From Prionailurus viverrinus (Eukaryota): DNA of 64,000 bases. Positions 32,713 through 43,075 of the stretch are shown in pieces. The DNA lies in NCBI RefSeq assembly GCF_022837055.1, contig NC_062561.1:744715-808714 (forward strand). The letters run 5' to 3'. Every line of letters begins with the position of its first letter. The stretch's first letter is position 1. The notes below the pieces were generated by a model that saw only the letters and a list, made by a program, of their open reading frames with translations, did not search any database and was not told where the DNA came from. The translations under genes and the position numbers were made by a program.

Positions 32713-35033
32713 GGGAACGGTCAAGATAGTGGAGCAGCATGGAAGTTTTTTGCATCTCTCGTCCCTGAAATGCAGCCAGATCAACACTAAACCCTCTTTC
32801 ACGCCTAGAAAATTGATCTGAGGATTAACACAACAATCTGCACAACTTGAACCGCAGAACTCAGCAGGTACACAGTGCAGAGAGGTGAACTGGGGTAGAG
32901 AGGAGCCGCAGAGGGGTAGGGATCTGTTTTTGCTTGCAGAGAGAGGACAGAGAAAGTAGGGAGAGTACGGGAAAAGCACTCCCCTTGAAAGAAGCTGGAG
33001 AGAAAAAGAGAGTAGAAATACCCATAAGGGAATTCCCAAGAAAGGAAGAAAAGAGAAAGGAAGAGAGTTTGGATAGGGTTAAGACTCTGTGAACAGGGGA
33101 GTATAGAGTCTGAAACTCCGCAGAGTTCTGGTGGGAAGGGTGCATCCTCAGGAGCAGAGAGCAAGGTCCTCAGGGTCCTTAGGCCACACAGGGAGAGGTA
33201 GTGGTTCCCCTGCCGAGAGGACATTTGGTAGAGGCTGTGTGGCCTCGCCCCAACAGGCAAAGGTCTCAGCAAACCCTGGAGAACAGCCACGTTTGCTGGT
33301 GTTGGAACAAGGATGTTAAGAGGGGGGTGAAGCCTGGTGCCAGATGTGTGTTGTTATAGACCCTAATCCCTGAAACACTGGTGCCACGCGATCATGTGAA
33401 CTTTTTCTGGGGCAGGCTGCCACCTGGCCACAGTCTCCAGGCCTCTGCAACAGTGTGGTTGGATGAACATTCCTGGGGCTGGGCTGGCATTTATAATATA
33501 ATAATGTGTTACAAACCTGTAATCATCAAAACAGTATGGTACTGGCACAAAAGCACTCAGATCAATGGAACAGAATGGAGAACCCAGAAATGGACCCACA
33601 AACATATGGCCAACTAATCTTTGACAAAGTAGGAAAGAATATCCAGTGGAATAAAGACAGTCTCTTCAGCAATTGGTGTCAGGAAAACTGGACAGCGACA
33701 TGCAGAAAAATGAACCTGGACCACTTTCTTACACCATACACAAAAATAAGCTCAAAATGGATGAAAGACCTAAACGTTAAGACAGGAATCCATCAAAATC
33801 CTCTAGGATTTTCAGCCACAGCAAGTTCTTTTTCAACACGTCTCCAGAGGCAAGGGAAACAAAAGCAAAAATGAACGATTGGGACCTCATCAAGATAAAA
33901 AGCTTCTGCACGGTGAAGATAACAATCAGTAAAACTAAAAGGCAACTGATGGAATGGAGAAGATATTTGCAAATGACATATCAGATAAAGGGTTAGTATC
34001 CAGAATCTATAAAGGACGTGTCAAACTCAACATCCAAAAACCAAATAATCCAGTCAAGAAATGAACCAAAGACATGAATGAACACTTTTCCAAAGAAGAC
34101 ATCCAGATGGCTAACAGACACATGAAAAAAAATGCTCAACATCACTCATCATCAGGGAAATAAAATCAAAACCACAATGAGATACCACCTCAGCCCTCTC
34201 AGAATGGCTAACATTAACAACTCCGGCAACAAAAGATGTTGGCAAGGATGCGGAGAAAGAGGATCTCTTTTGCACTGCTGGTGGGAATGCAAACTGGTGC
34301 AGCCACTATGGAAAACAGTATGAAGCTTCCTTAAAAAGTTAAAACTACCCTACGACTCAGCAATTGCACTACTAGGTGTATATCCAAGGGATACAGGTGT
34401 GCTGTTTCATAGGGGCACATGCACCCCAGTGTTTATAGCAGCACTATCGACAATAGCCAAAGTATGGACAGAGCCTAGATGTCCATCGACAGATGAACGG
34501 ATAAAGATGTGACGTATATATGTGGGGAGGGGGTGTATACATGTTTATACGTGTGTGTATACATGTATGTGTGTGTGTGTGTGTATATATATGTATATAT
34601 ACACACATATATACATACAATGGAGTATTACTCAGCAATCAAAAAGAATGAAATCTTGCCATGTGCAGCTATGTGGCTAGAACTAGAGGGTATTATGCTA
34701 AGTGAAATAAGTCAGAATAAGACAAATATCATATGACTTCACTCATATGAGGACTTTTAAGATACAAACCAGATGAACATAAGGGAAGGGAAGCAAAAAT
34801 AATATAAAAACAAGGAGGAGGACAAAACATAAAAGACTCTTAAATACAGAGAACAACCAAGTGTTGCTGGAGGGGCTATGAGGGGGGATGGGCTAAATGG
34901 GTAAGGCATTAAGGAAGACACTTGTTGGGATGAGCACTGGGTATTACATGTAGGGGATGAATCACTGGTATCTACTTCTGAAATAATTATTATACTATAT
35001 GCTAACTAACTTGGATGTAAATTAAAAATTAAA
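32713..35033 (+). mobile_element. Internally deleted L1 (a 5' UTR-like segment joined to the ORF2 C-terminus and 3' end), flanked by a 16-bp target-site duplication AAAAGGGAGCTTTCTC
   Basis: The duplication appears at 32697-32712 and 35034-35049. The 3' part encodes the ORF2 tail (...[14 protein letters not shown] strings, NPRNNRCWRGCGE...-like, SAIKKNEILPCAAMWLELEGIMLSEISQ) with a (TG)n at about 34550-34580. It ends ...ctatatgctaactaacttggatgtaaattaaaaattaaaag. Confidence 0.8.
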
Positions 35034-35331
35034 AGGGAGCTTTCTCAAGAACGTTAAACTTTTGGCAAACATCTGTCACTGCTTTTATTCCACATTATTC
35101 TAAGGTCTACCCAGTACAGTAAGAGAGTGAAAAACAAAAGATACAAGCCTTTGGGAAGGAGGCCTCCCCTCTCCCTTCCCCCAAAAAGCTGTTCATTATC
35201 AGATGTTATCATATATGTAGAAAACTCAAAAGAATCCACAAATTTTTAGAAATGTTAAATGTTTAACAGGTGATTGGATATAAGGCCAATATATAAAAAT
35301 TACCTACAGTTCTGCATATATTTCTTTCTTA

Positions 35332-35545
35332 AAATTTTTTTTTTTACATTCATTCTTTTTTGAGAGACATAGTGAGGCAGAGCATGAGCAGGGGAGGGGC
35401 AGAGAGAGGAGACACAGAATCCAAAGCAGGCTCCCAGCTCGAGCTGTCAGCACAGAGCCCAACGCCAGGCTTGAACCCATGAACGGTGAGATCATGACCC
35501 GAGCTAAAGTCAGACACTCAACTGACTGAGCCACGCAGGCGCCCC
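35332..35545 (-). mobile_element. Felid CAN-SINE, antisense
   Basis: TTTTTTTTTACATTCATTCTTTTTTGAGAGACATAGTGAGGCAGAGCATGAGCAGGGGAGGGGCAG...CTGACTGAGCCACGCAGGCGCCCC. Confidence 0.88.
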
Positions 35546-36560
35546 GATGGCAAAACCATTTTTAAAAGAATGAAAGAGAATGACATTGAAATTATGGATC
35601 CTTAACATCACTGTTGGAGGAGGGCAGTGGGGGGGGGGGGGGTGGGTACCAGGTGGGAGTGTTTAGGTCCTGGCATGGTTCTGTGCTCAAGGTAGTGCTG
35701 TGTTCACTGATGTTCACCTCCTAACACATTCCTTAGCGTTATTAAAAATAAAATTTTAAATTAAAACTGATAAAGTTTATTAAAAATAAAGAGAAAAAGT
35801 TAAAATTACCAGATGCTGAATCAAGATCCAGTACTTGGTAGGAATGAACATAGGATTTTGAACCAGTTTGCTATGTGAGAGACCAAAATCTGAGCTGAAG
35901 CATAACCTTTTCTTGTTACTTTGTATGAGTCCTGTAAATTAGGCCATATTCTCTCAGCTGATATAAACCCTCATGTGTCCTGCTTCCCGGATCTTTTTCG
36001 TGGTACCATGGTGCCGTGCTAGAGTGAGGAGGTCCAGCTGTGGGCTCAGATATGTCACAGTACGAATATGGCTCTTGGCTTACTGATGTGTGTCTGAGCA
36101 GATCCAGAACCTCTTCACCTTACCTGTAACATGTATCCCCTTACAGGTTATTGTGCATGGATTAAATGTGATAATTCTTACTGAACGGTAGCTGCTTTTA
36201 CTATTACTACTGCTATTGAGAAAGTGAGGTAAGGCAACTTGGTGTGACTTACTCAGAGCCACGCAGCTGACATGTGGAGCTGGGATGTAGAAAATCCAGG
36301 ATGTGCAGCTCCTAAGGTTGTGCTGTTGCTACAGTGGAATGCTCTTGGAGGTGCAAATCAAGAGCTTGGCTTGAATCAAGAGCTTTGGAAGAATTTCCTT
36401 CATTTACTTGCATGTCTTTTACAAACTTCATCTCGATGGCAAGATTAACTGCCTAACATTTGTAAAATTTGAGGAATTGGTTTTAGGTGAAAATATTTTA
36501 ACTCTGACCATAAAATATTTATGTTTTTTACTTTCTAAAATAGCACGGTTGTTTTTTGGA

Positions 36561-36780
36561 GCCCTGAGTGGCTCAGTTGGTTAAGCATTTGACTTCGGCT
36601 CAGGTCATGATCTCGTAGTTCATGAGTTCGAGCCCAGCGTTGGGCTCTGTGCTGATAGCTCGGAGCCTGGAACATGGTGCCTGCTTCCGATTCTGTGTCT
36701 CCCTCTCTCTCTACCTCTCCCCTGCTCGCACTGTCTCTCTCAAAAATAAATATTAAAAATTCTTTTAATAAAAAACTTTA
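36561..36780 (+). mobile_element. Felid CAN-SINE with a 19-bp target-site duplication AAAATAGCAC(G/A)GTTGTTTT
   Basis: The duplication appears at about 36537-36556 and 36781-36800. Body: GAGCCCTGAGTGGCTCAGTTGGTTAAGCATTTGACTTCGGCTCAGGTCATGATCTCGTAG... Confidence 0.9.
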
Positions 36781-37111
36781 AAAAATAGCACAGTTGTTTT
36801 GAATTACTCCCTAATGAGTTATGTTCAAATCTTATTTGTTGCATGGCCGATAGTGGATCAACACGTCCTTTCCTAATGTTAACGAGCCCCTGGGTCAGAC
36901 AGATGAGGGAGGAAACCAGCACTTGCTTTATGGGTAGGAGGGAGCACAGAGGGCTTTCAGGAGGAGAGTTTGGAGCTGAGTCTGAAGGATCAGTGGCTTT
37001 TATTTACATACAAGTTTGGTTTACACATTTAGAATGGCTTTACCTACATAAATGATTGGAGGAAATATATATCCAAGAAGAATGGCCAAAGATAGAAATG
37101 TTAAGAGATTT

Positions 37112-37315
37112 GGGGTTCCTGGATGGCTCAGTTGGTTAAGAATCTGACTTCGGCTCAGGTCATGATCTCACACGTGGCTCGTGAGTTCGAGTCCTGCATC
37201 AGGCTCCGTGCTGACAGCGCAGAGCCTGGAGCCTCCTTCAGATTCTGTGTCTCCCTCTCTCTGCCCCTCCCCTGCTCACACTCTGTCTCTGTCTCCAAAA
37301 TAAAACGTTAAAAAA
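37112..37315 (+). mobile_element. Felid CAN-SINE, 85 bp upstream of exon 6
   Basis: GGGGTTCCTGGATGGCTCAGTTGGTTAAGAATCTGACTTCGGCTCAGGTCATGATCTCACACGTGGCTCGTGAGTTCGAG... Confidence 0.88.
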
Positions 37316-37400
37316 TTTTTCAAAAGACACTACAAACTTAAGAAAATGGCATTGTTACAGGGGAAAAAAAAGTGTATTAATAAGCCTCTTCTGTGTTCCA

Positions 37401-37527
37401 GATGGCAGACAACAGATTTTGAGTTTGGGCATGGACTTGAAGTTGGAGTGGATGAAATTAGAAGATTTTCAAAAGCATCTTGATGGGGAAGATGAGAGTT
37501 TTACTACAGCAGATGCAATTCCGAGTA
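37401..37527 (+). CDS. MPHOSPH8: MPHOSPH8 exon 6 (.DGRQQILSLGMDLKLEWMKLEDFQKHLDGEDESF[frameshift]TTADAIPS.), 127 nt observed against 126 nt required by the flanking phases
   Basis: The acceptor is tgtgttccAG|AT and the donor CCGAGTA|GTGAGT. The frame entering from exon 5 matches human DGRQQILSLGMDLQLEWMKLEDFQKHLDGKDENF. The frame leaving into exon 7 matches ATDAIPSN|VLRDAV. The two frames differ by +1 across the T5 run at 37498-37502. Confidence 0.8.
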
Positions 37528-37609
37528 GTGAGTAGTGTGGGAATTTTGGAGATTCTTTTCATGAATCTAGATGTGTGAAGCCTAATTTATCTTAATTCTT
37601 TCATTGTAG

Positions 37610-37698
37610 ATTTATTGAGGGATGCTGTGAAAAATGGGGATTACATTGCTGTGAAGGTTGCACTTAATTCAAATGAAGACTATAACCTGGACCAAGAG
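37610..37698 (+). CDS. MPHOSPH8: MPHOSPH8 exon 7 (.LLRDAVKNGDYIAVKVALNSNEDYNLDQE)
   Basis: The acceptor is ttcattgtAG|AT and the donor CAAGAG|GTAACA. The length is 89 nt, running from phase 1 to phase 0. Confidence 0.92.
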
Positions 37699-37796
37699 GT
37701 AACACATCTTAGTAAAATCTCGTGAAATAAAGATGGAAAGTAGCGCTTTTCACATAATTCAGTTTTACTTTTCATATTTTAAAAATTATAAAAGTA

Positions 37797-37969
37797 AGGG
37801 GGTGCCTGGGTGGCTCAGTCGGTTAAGCACCAACTTCGGCTCAGATTGTGATCTCGCGGTTCATAAATTCAGGCCCCCGCTTTGAGCTGTGCTGACAGCT
37901 CAGAGCCTGGAGCCTGCTCCAGATTCTGTGTGTGTCTCTCTCTTTGCCCCTCCCCTGCTTGCTCGCACG

Positions 37970-38004
<35 letters not shown>

Positions 38005-38030
38005 AAAAACATTTAAAAAAATTTTTTTTA
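37797..38030 (+). mobile_element. Felid CAN-SINE with a (CT)n tract, first of two SINEs at the same target site
   Basis: GGGGGTGCCTGGGTGGCTCAGTCGGTTAAGCACCAACTTCGGCTCAGATTGTGATCTCGCGG... It is flanked by ATTATAAAAGTA on both sides (37786-37797 and 38031-38042). Confidence 0.88.
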
Positions 38031-38042
38031 ATTATAAAAGTA

Positions 38043-38325
38043 GGGGTGCCTGGTGACTCAGTCAGTTGAGCATCTGACTCTTGTTCAGCTCCAGGTCATG
38101 AGATCGAGCCCTGAGTCAGGCTCTGCACTGGGCGTAGAGCTTGCTTAAGATTCTCTCTCCCTATATCATTCGTGCTCACTCTGTCTCTGTCTGTCTCTGT
38201 CTCTGTCTCTCTGTCTCTCTCTCTCTCTCTCTCAAAAAAAATAGAAAGATGCTCTCTTCCCCCTCCCCACCCCATATCCCTCTCCCTGGCTCGTGCTCTC
38301 TCTCTCTAAAATAAAATGTTATAAA
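38043..38325 (+). mobile_element. CAN-SINE (CTCTTGTTCAGCTCCAGGTCATGAGATC variant) inserted at the same ATAAAAGTA target site
   Basis: GGGGTGCCTGGTGACTCAGTCAGTTGAGCATCTGACTCTTGTTCAGCTCCAGGTCATGAGATCGAGCC..., followed by GTTATAAAAGTAATG at 38319-38333. Confidence 0.85.
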
Positions 38326-38566
38326 AGTAATGTTCACTTTATAAACTGAAAGCACAGTAGAAATGTATAATGTAGAAAATTATAGACCTTGTAATTCCAA
38401 CCCCTACAGTGACCATTTGGTTCAGCTGTGACCTGTCTGGTTTTGTTTGTGGTTCTGTCTGTGGTTGAACCTCTGCTGCTTGAGGGCATAAAATGACTCC
38501 TTGTGTCTGAGTCTTTTAAGCCTGGAGAATTTTTATTTTTCTTTTTTCTTTTATTATTATTATTTT

Positions 38567-38764
38567 TTAATGTTTATTCATTTGAGAGAGAGACAGAGCG
38601 TGAGCAGGGGAGGGGCAGAGAGAGGGAGACACAGAATCCAAAGCAGGCTCCAGGCTCTGAGCTGTCAGCACAGAGCCCGACATGGGGCTCAAACTCAAAA
38701 ACTGTGAGGTCATGACCTGAGCTGAAGTCGGACGCTTAACCGACTGAGCCACCCAGGCGCCCCA
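38567..38764 (-). mobile_element. Felid CAN-SINE, antisense, with a 16-bp target-site duplication GAG(A/G)ATTTTTATTTTT
   Basis: Body: ...TGTGAGGTCATGACCTGAGCTGAAGTCGGACGCTTAACCGACTGAGCCACCCAGGCGCCCC. The flanks read ctggagaatttttatttttc and agaggatttttatttttag. Confidence 0.9.
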
Positions 38765-38959
38765 GAGGATTTTTATTTTTAGATAGTCACATCTGTCAGT
38801 CCTTTCCTTTATGGCTTTTGGGTGTCTTGTCTTACTTACAAGAGATTTTTGTATTTTCTTCTTTAGTTTTCATGCTCTCGTGGTGGATTTTTAGGTTTAA
38901 TCTTCAGAGATTATGGTTCAAAAAAATTATTGGGATTTTGATTAAAATTGCATGAAATC

Positions 38960-39160
38960 TGGGGCACCTGGGTGGTGCAGTCAGGCATCCAACTCTTGAT
39001 CTCAGCTCAGGTCATGATGTGGTTTGTGAGGTTGAGCCCCGCATTGGGCTCTGCTCTGATGGTGCCGAGCCTGCTTGGGATTCTGTCTCTCCTTCTCTGT
39101 GCCCCTCCCTTGCTTGTGTGTGTGCGTTCTCTCTCAAAATGAATAATTAAACATTAAAAG
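38960..39160 (+). mobile_element. Felid CAN-SINE (internally deleted)
   Basis: GGGGCACCTGGGTGGTGCAGTCAGGCATCCAACTCTTGATCTCAGCTCAGGTCATGATGTGGTTTGTGAGGTTGAGCCCC... Confidence 0.85.
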
Positions 39161-40183
39161 CATTTTTTTAATTGTATGAACTCTATAGATAAACTTGGCT
39201 GAGAATTGACATTTTTTATATTTGAGTCCTCCAAATAAGAACGTGATAACTCTACATTCATTCAGCTCTTCATTTATTCCTAAAGCGGTTTTATGAGTTT
39301 TTTCCTTCATACGATTCTTGCACATTTAGTTTAGATGCTTTCCTACATATTTGATAATTTTTAAATTATCTTAGTGTGATCATTAGGATCTTTTTCCTCC
39401 CATATTTTGTCTTCTAACATGTTATTACAGGTGTTCGGTGAGGCTGTTGATCTCTGTGTGTGTGTGGTCTCTGGTCACTTTGAAATTCTCTTACTTTAAT
39501 AACTTTTAAATTATTCTCTGGGTAGAGAATATGATCATCTGCTGAAAAGTAACTGTTTTGTTTCCTTCGTGCACAGTAATATTTCTTTTTCTGGTCTTGT
39601 AAACTTGGTGACATTTTGCAGAAGAGTTCTGATGGAGGCGATCCTGTTCTGTCTCTCGTCTGAGGGTGGCTTTCCCCTGAGGCTGCGTGAAGATCCTTTT
39701 TCTGTTGTGCTGTTGTTGGTTTCTAGTGGACAGTAGACTTCCTTTTGTCTATCTGTTGAAGTTCTTATCAGGGATGGATGTTGGGTTTTATCTGGTGCTT
39801 TTTTCCCTGCTTTCATTCTTATGTAGCTTGGTCTTCATTAATAAAAAGCCTAGCAGCTACAGGGAACTTTACTAAGTTAGAAAAAAGTTTTTTTCCCTCT
39901 AATATGTTTTGTGGTAATAAGGTAATTTGCAGATGAGAGGAAGTGCACTACCTTATTTCAGTTAATTTTTCTTATATTTGTGTTCAGATTGCTCATGCAG
40001 GTGAATTCTGCTAAACTTTCAGATTGTAGCCAAATTAACTCACCTTGTTAGAACTTGGTTTTATCAAATGGCATTTAATAAATGGCTTGATTTTCCCATG
40101 TGTTTGTTTCAAGTGATTGGAAATGTTTTGGCTTTTTATTTTTTGTCAACTTTATGTAATTTTATCTCTTTTTAAAGTATTTT

Positions 40184-40415
40184 AGGGGTGCCTTGGTGGC
40201 TCAGTCAGTTAAGCATCCAACTTCGGCTCAGGTCGTGATCTCGCGTTTGTGGGTTCGAGGCCCGTGTCAGTCTCTGTGCTGACAGCTCAGAGCCTGGAGC
40301 CTGCTTCGGATTCTGAGTCTCCCTCTCTCTCTTCCCCTCCCCAACTTGTGCTCTGTCTCCCCTCTCTGTCTCTCTCTCTCTGTCAAAAATAAATAAACAT
40401 TAAAATTTTTTTTAT
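40184..40415 (+). mobile_element. Felid CAN-SINE, with target-site duplication AAAGTATTTTA
   Basis: GGGGTGCCTTGGTGGCTCAGTCAGTTAAGCATCCAACTTCGGCTCAGGTCGTGATCTCGCG...AAATAAACATTAAAATTTTTTTT. Confidence 0.9.
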
Positions 40416-40895
40416 AAAGTATTTTAATTTGTCTAGATTGTCATAGCCTCTTGGAAACCAATCATATCAGTGTCCTGTTTCCTGCTTCTGAATTTTCTTC
40501 TTCATCCCCTGAGCAATCAAACTGTCATTTCCCAACAGTTAGCTTTTGTAGAGGCCATTTGTCTAATCCAGACAGCATTCAGTTACCCTTGGACTTAGGT
40601 CACTTCTAGTGGTCATTTCTAGCCTCAGATCTTTGGCCAGCTAAGCAACTATCACGAATGTGAGTTTCACCTGTTTTACCTAGAACACAAGGAGGCTTTC
40701 GGACCTGAAATGTGCGATAAATAAATAAGTACCTTTGCCATTTTTATAGCATCAAGATGCACTATTCATCAGTATGTCGTGCAGAATGTTGACGGGCCTT
40801 TAGAACATTAATACCTGGAAGTTGTAAAATTTTTATGACATTTAAAGAAATTGTGAAGGTTATTAGTTTCTGATTATAATAAGGATATTTTAGTG

Positions 40896-41020
40896 AGGGG
40901 CACCTGCCTGGCTCAGTCAGAAGACGGTGCGGTGCAACTCTTGATCTCAGTGTTGTGAGTTCAAGCCCCACATTGGGTGTAGAGATTAATTATTAAAAAA
41001 TAAATAAACTTAAATAAAAA
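40896..41020 (+). mobile_element. Short / truncated carnivore SINE
   Basis: GGGGCACCTGCCTGGCTCAGTCAGAAGACGGTGCGGTGCAACTCTTGATCTCAGTGTTGTGAGTTCAAGCCCCACATTGGGTGTAGAGATTAATTATTAAAAAATAAATAAAC. Confidence 0.75.
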
Positions 41021-41168
41021 TAAGGATATTTTAGTGAAAGACTTAGGTAGATGCTTAAATCAGTATACTTCAGCGATTTCACGTTGAAACATCCTAGGTG
41101 AAGAGACTTAGTTCTGGAATTTTTCTGATAGACATTGACATGTCTTTTCCTCAACAAAACCAATGAAG

Positions 41169-41309
41169 GATTCAAGCGGGATGACACTGGTGATGCTCGC
41201 CGCAGCCGGAGGGCAAGACGACCTGCTGAGGCTCCTCATCAGGAAAGGGGCTAAGGTGAATGGCAGACAGAAGAATGGGACCACCGCCCTCATTCACGCA
41301 GCCGAGAAG
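41169..41309 (+). CDS. MPHOSPH8: MPHOSPH8 exon 8, start of the ankyrin-repeat region (DSSGMTLVMLAAAGGQDDLLRLLIRKGAKVNGRQKNGTTALIHAAEK)
   Basis: The acceptor is ccaatgaAG|GAT and the donor GAGAAG|GTTGGG. It is 47 codons in phase 0, and matches human MPP8 except T to R at LLI(T/R)KG. It is G/C-rich with many CpGs. The ankyrin consensus reads G-TpLH-AA--GH---v--LL--GA. Confidence 0.93.
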
Positions 41310-41555
41310 GTTGGGAACTCAAGAGCTCTCAGTTTCTTAGTCTGTAGGAATTCCTACCTGTGGACTAGGACGGTTTGTTTCTGTCCTGTCCTGAAATGTA
41401 ACTCTCATATAGTCACAAAGCTTTAGAGTCTCATATTTCAGTTCATCTCAGACTTGTCATGAATAGATTTTTGTTAATTAGTAGCTGTACTTTGTAATTG
41501 AATTTTCAAAATGTGATTTATGTAGTGAGAAGTGATTTATATTGAAAAAGGACCC

Positions 41556-41665
41556 TGGGGGCTCCTGGCTGGCTCGGTTGGTAGAGCATGCGAGTCTTGA
41601 TCTCGGGGTCATGAGTTCAAGCCCCATGTTGGGCACAGAGTTTACTTTAAAAAAAGAAAAAGTAA
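41556..41665 (+). mobile_element. Truncated carnivore SINE
   Basis: GGGGCTCCTGGCTGGCTCGGTTGGTAGAGCATGCGAGTCTTGATCTCGGGGTCATGAGTTCAAGCCCCATGTTGGGCACAGAG. Confidence 0.75.
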
Positions 41666-41727
41666 AAGGACCTCTGGTTAAGGTACTAATACTGGTTTCA
41701 ATGTTAGATCTTTTAAAAATCTTTTCC

Positions 41728-41890
41728 GGTTGAGGGGCACCTGGGTGGCTGAGTCAGTTAAGTGTCCCACGTCCGGCTCTGTGCTGACAGCTTGGAGCCT
41801 GGAGCCTGCTTCAGATTCTGTGTCTCCCTCTCTCTCTGCCCCTCCCCCACTCACGGTGTCTGTCTCAGAGATAAACAAACATTTAAAAAA
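41728..41890 (+). mobile_element. Internally deleted felid CAN-SINE with target-site duplication AAAAATCTTTTCC(G/A)GTTGA
   Basis: GGGGCACCTGGGTGGCTGAGTCAGTTAAGTGTCCCACGTCCGGCTCTGTGCTGACAGCTTGGAGCCTGGAGCCTGCTTCAGATTCTG... Confidence 0.85.
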
Positions 41891-42217
41891 ATTAAAAATC
41901 TTTTCCAGTTGAAATTAAATGTTCCTTTTGGTTAAGAATTTAATGAAAATATTGCCACATATTATCTTTTTAAAAGATTAATACACAGAGATTCATAGGT
42001 TGAAACCAGTGGTTCCACTTGAGATCGAAGTTGCTGGCAAAGGGCATGTGGCTGTGTGGAGCCTGAGCAGGAGGGCACAGTGAAGAACCGTGTTCACCAA
42101 CCTGCTTGGGATAGAATCTGAGTATTTTTCCTGATGGCTAAAAATTTCAAATCATCAAAAAATATCTTCTAAAGAATTTTGGGAATTAAATTTCCTTTTT
42201 TTTTTTTTTTTTAATAG

Positions 42218-42304
42218 AACTTCCTAACTACAGTGGCTATTCTTTTGGAAGCAGGAGCTTTTGTAAATGTCCAGCAGAGTAACGGTGAGACTGCTCTAAT
42301 GAAG
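42218..42304 (+). CDS. MPHOSPH8: MPHOSPH8 exon 9 (NFLTTVAILLEAGAFVNVQQSNGETALMK), ankyrin repeat
   Basis: The acceptor is T17-aatAG|AAC and the donor ATGAAG|GTAAAT. It is 29 codons in phase 0, and identical to the human segment as I recall it. Confidence 0.95.
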
Positions 42305-42546
42305 GTAAATACTTCACACGGGTCACCTACTCCCTCGCTCTTCACAGATGCCTCTGCCAGGCAGTCTGCTGGGGGCCGAGAATAGGATGGGGAACAGGAC
42401 ACAGATGTGTAAGAGAAACCGTTTCGCAAAGAAGCAGTTAAAAGCTGGTGTGAACAGTAATGTAATAGGAATAAGCACAGAGAGCTCTGGAATTACATGA
42501 AAGTTGGTACCAGGCGTAGCAGTCTGGATTCAGGGCCGGACAGGGC

Positions 42547-42650
42547 AGGGCTTCTGGCTGGCTCAGTCAGTAGAGCATATGACTCTTGATCTCAGGGGTC
42601 ATCAGTTTGAGCCCCACGTTGGGTTTAGATTACTTTAAAAAAAAAGAGGT
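42547..42650 (+). mobile_element. Truncated carnivore SINE
   Basis: GGGCTTCTGGCTGGCTCAGTCAGTAGAGCATATGACTCTTGATCTCAGGGGTCATCAGTTTGAGCCCCACGTTGGG. Confidence 0.75.
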
Positions 42651-42652
42651 AA

Positions 42653-42823
42653 GGAGCACCTGAGTGGCTCAGTCGGTTAAGCATCTGACTTCAGGTCAGG
42701 TCATGAACTCATGGTTTGTGAGTTTGAGCCCCGTGTTGGGCTCTGTGCTGACAGCTCGGAGCCCGGAGCCTGCCTCAGATTCTGTGTCTCCCTCTCTCTC
42801 TGTTCCTCCCAGCTCCTGTTCTG

Positions 42824-42874
<51 letters not shown>

Positions 42875-42882
42875 AATAAAGA
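42653..42882 (+). mobile_element. Felid CAN-SINE with internal (CT)22
   Basis: GGAGCACCTGAGTGGCTCAGTCGGTTAAGCATCTGACTTCAGGTCAGGTCATGAACTCATGG...(CT)n...CAAAAATAAAG. Confidence 0.88.
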
Positions 42883-42883
42883 T

Positions 42884-43075
42884 TAGGGGTACCTGGGTGG
42901 CTCAGTCGGTTGAGCCTCCAACTTCGGCTCAGGTCATGATCTCACGGTTCATCGTTTCAAGCCCCACATTGGGCTCTGTGCTGACAGCTCAGAGCCTGGA
43001 GCCTGCTTCGGATTCTGTGTCTCCCTCTTTCTGTCTCTCAAAGATGAATAAATGTTTAAAAAAAAATTTTTTTTA
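42884..43075 (+). mobile_element. Felid CAN-SINE, directly abutting the previous one
   Basis: GGGGTACCTGGGTGGCTCAGTCGGTTGAGCCTCCAACTTCGGCTCAGGTCATGATCTCACGGTTCATCG...AAAGATGAATAAATGTTTAAAAAAAAA. Confidence 0.88.
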
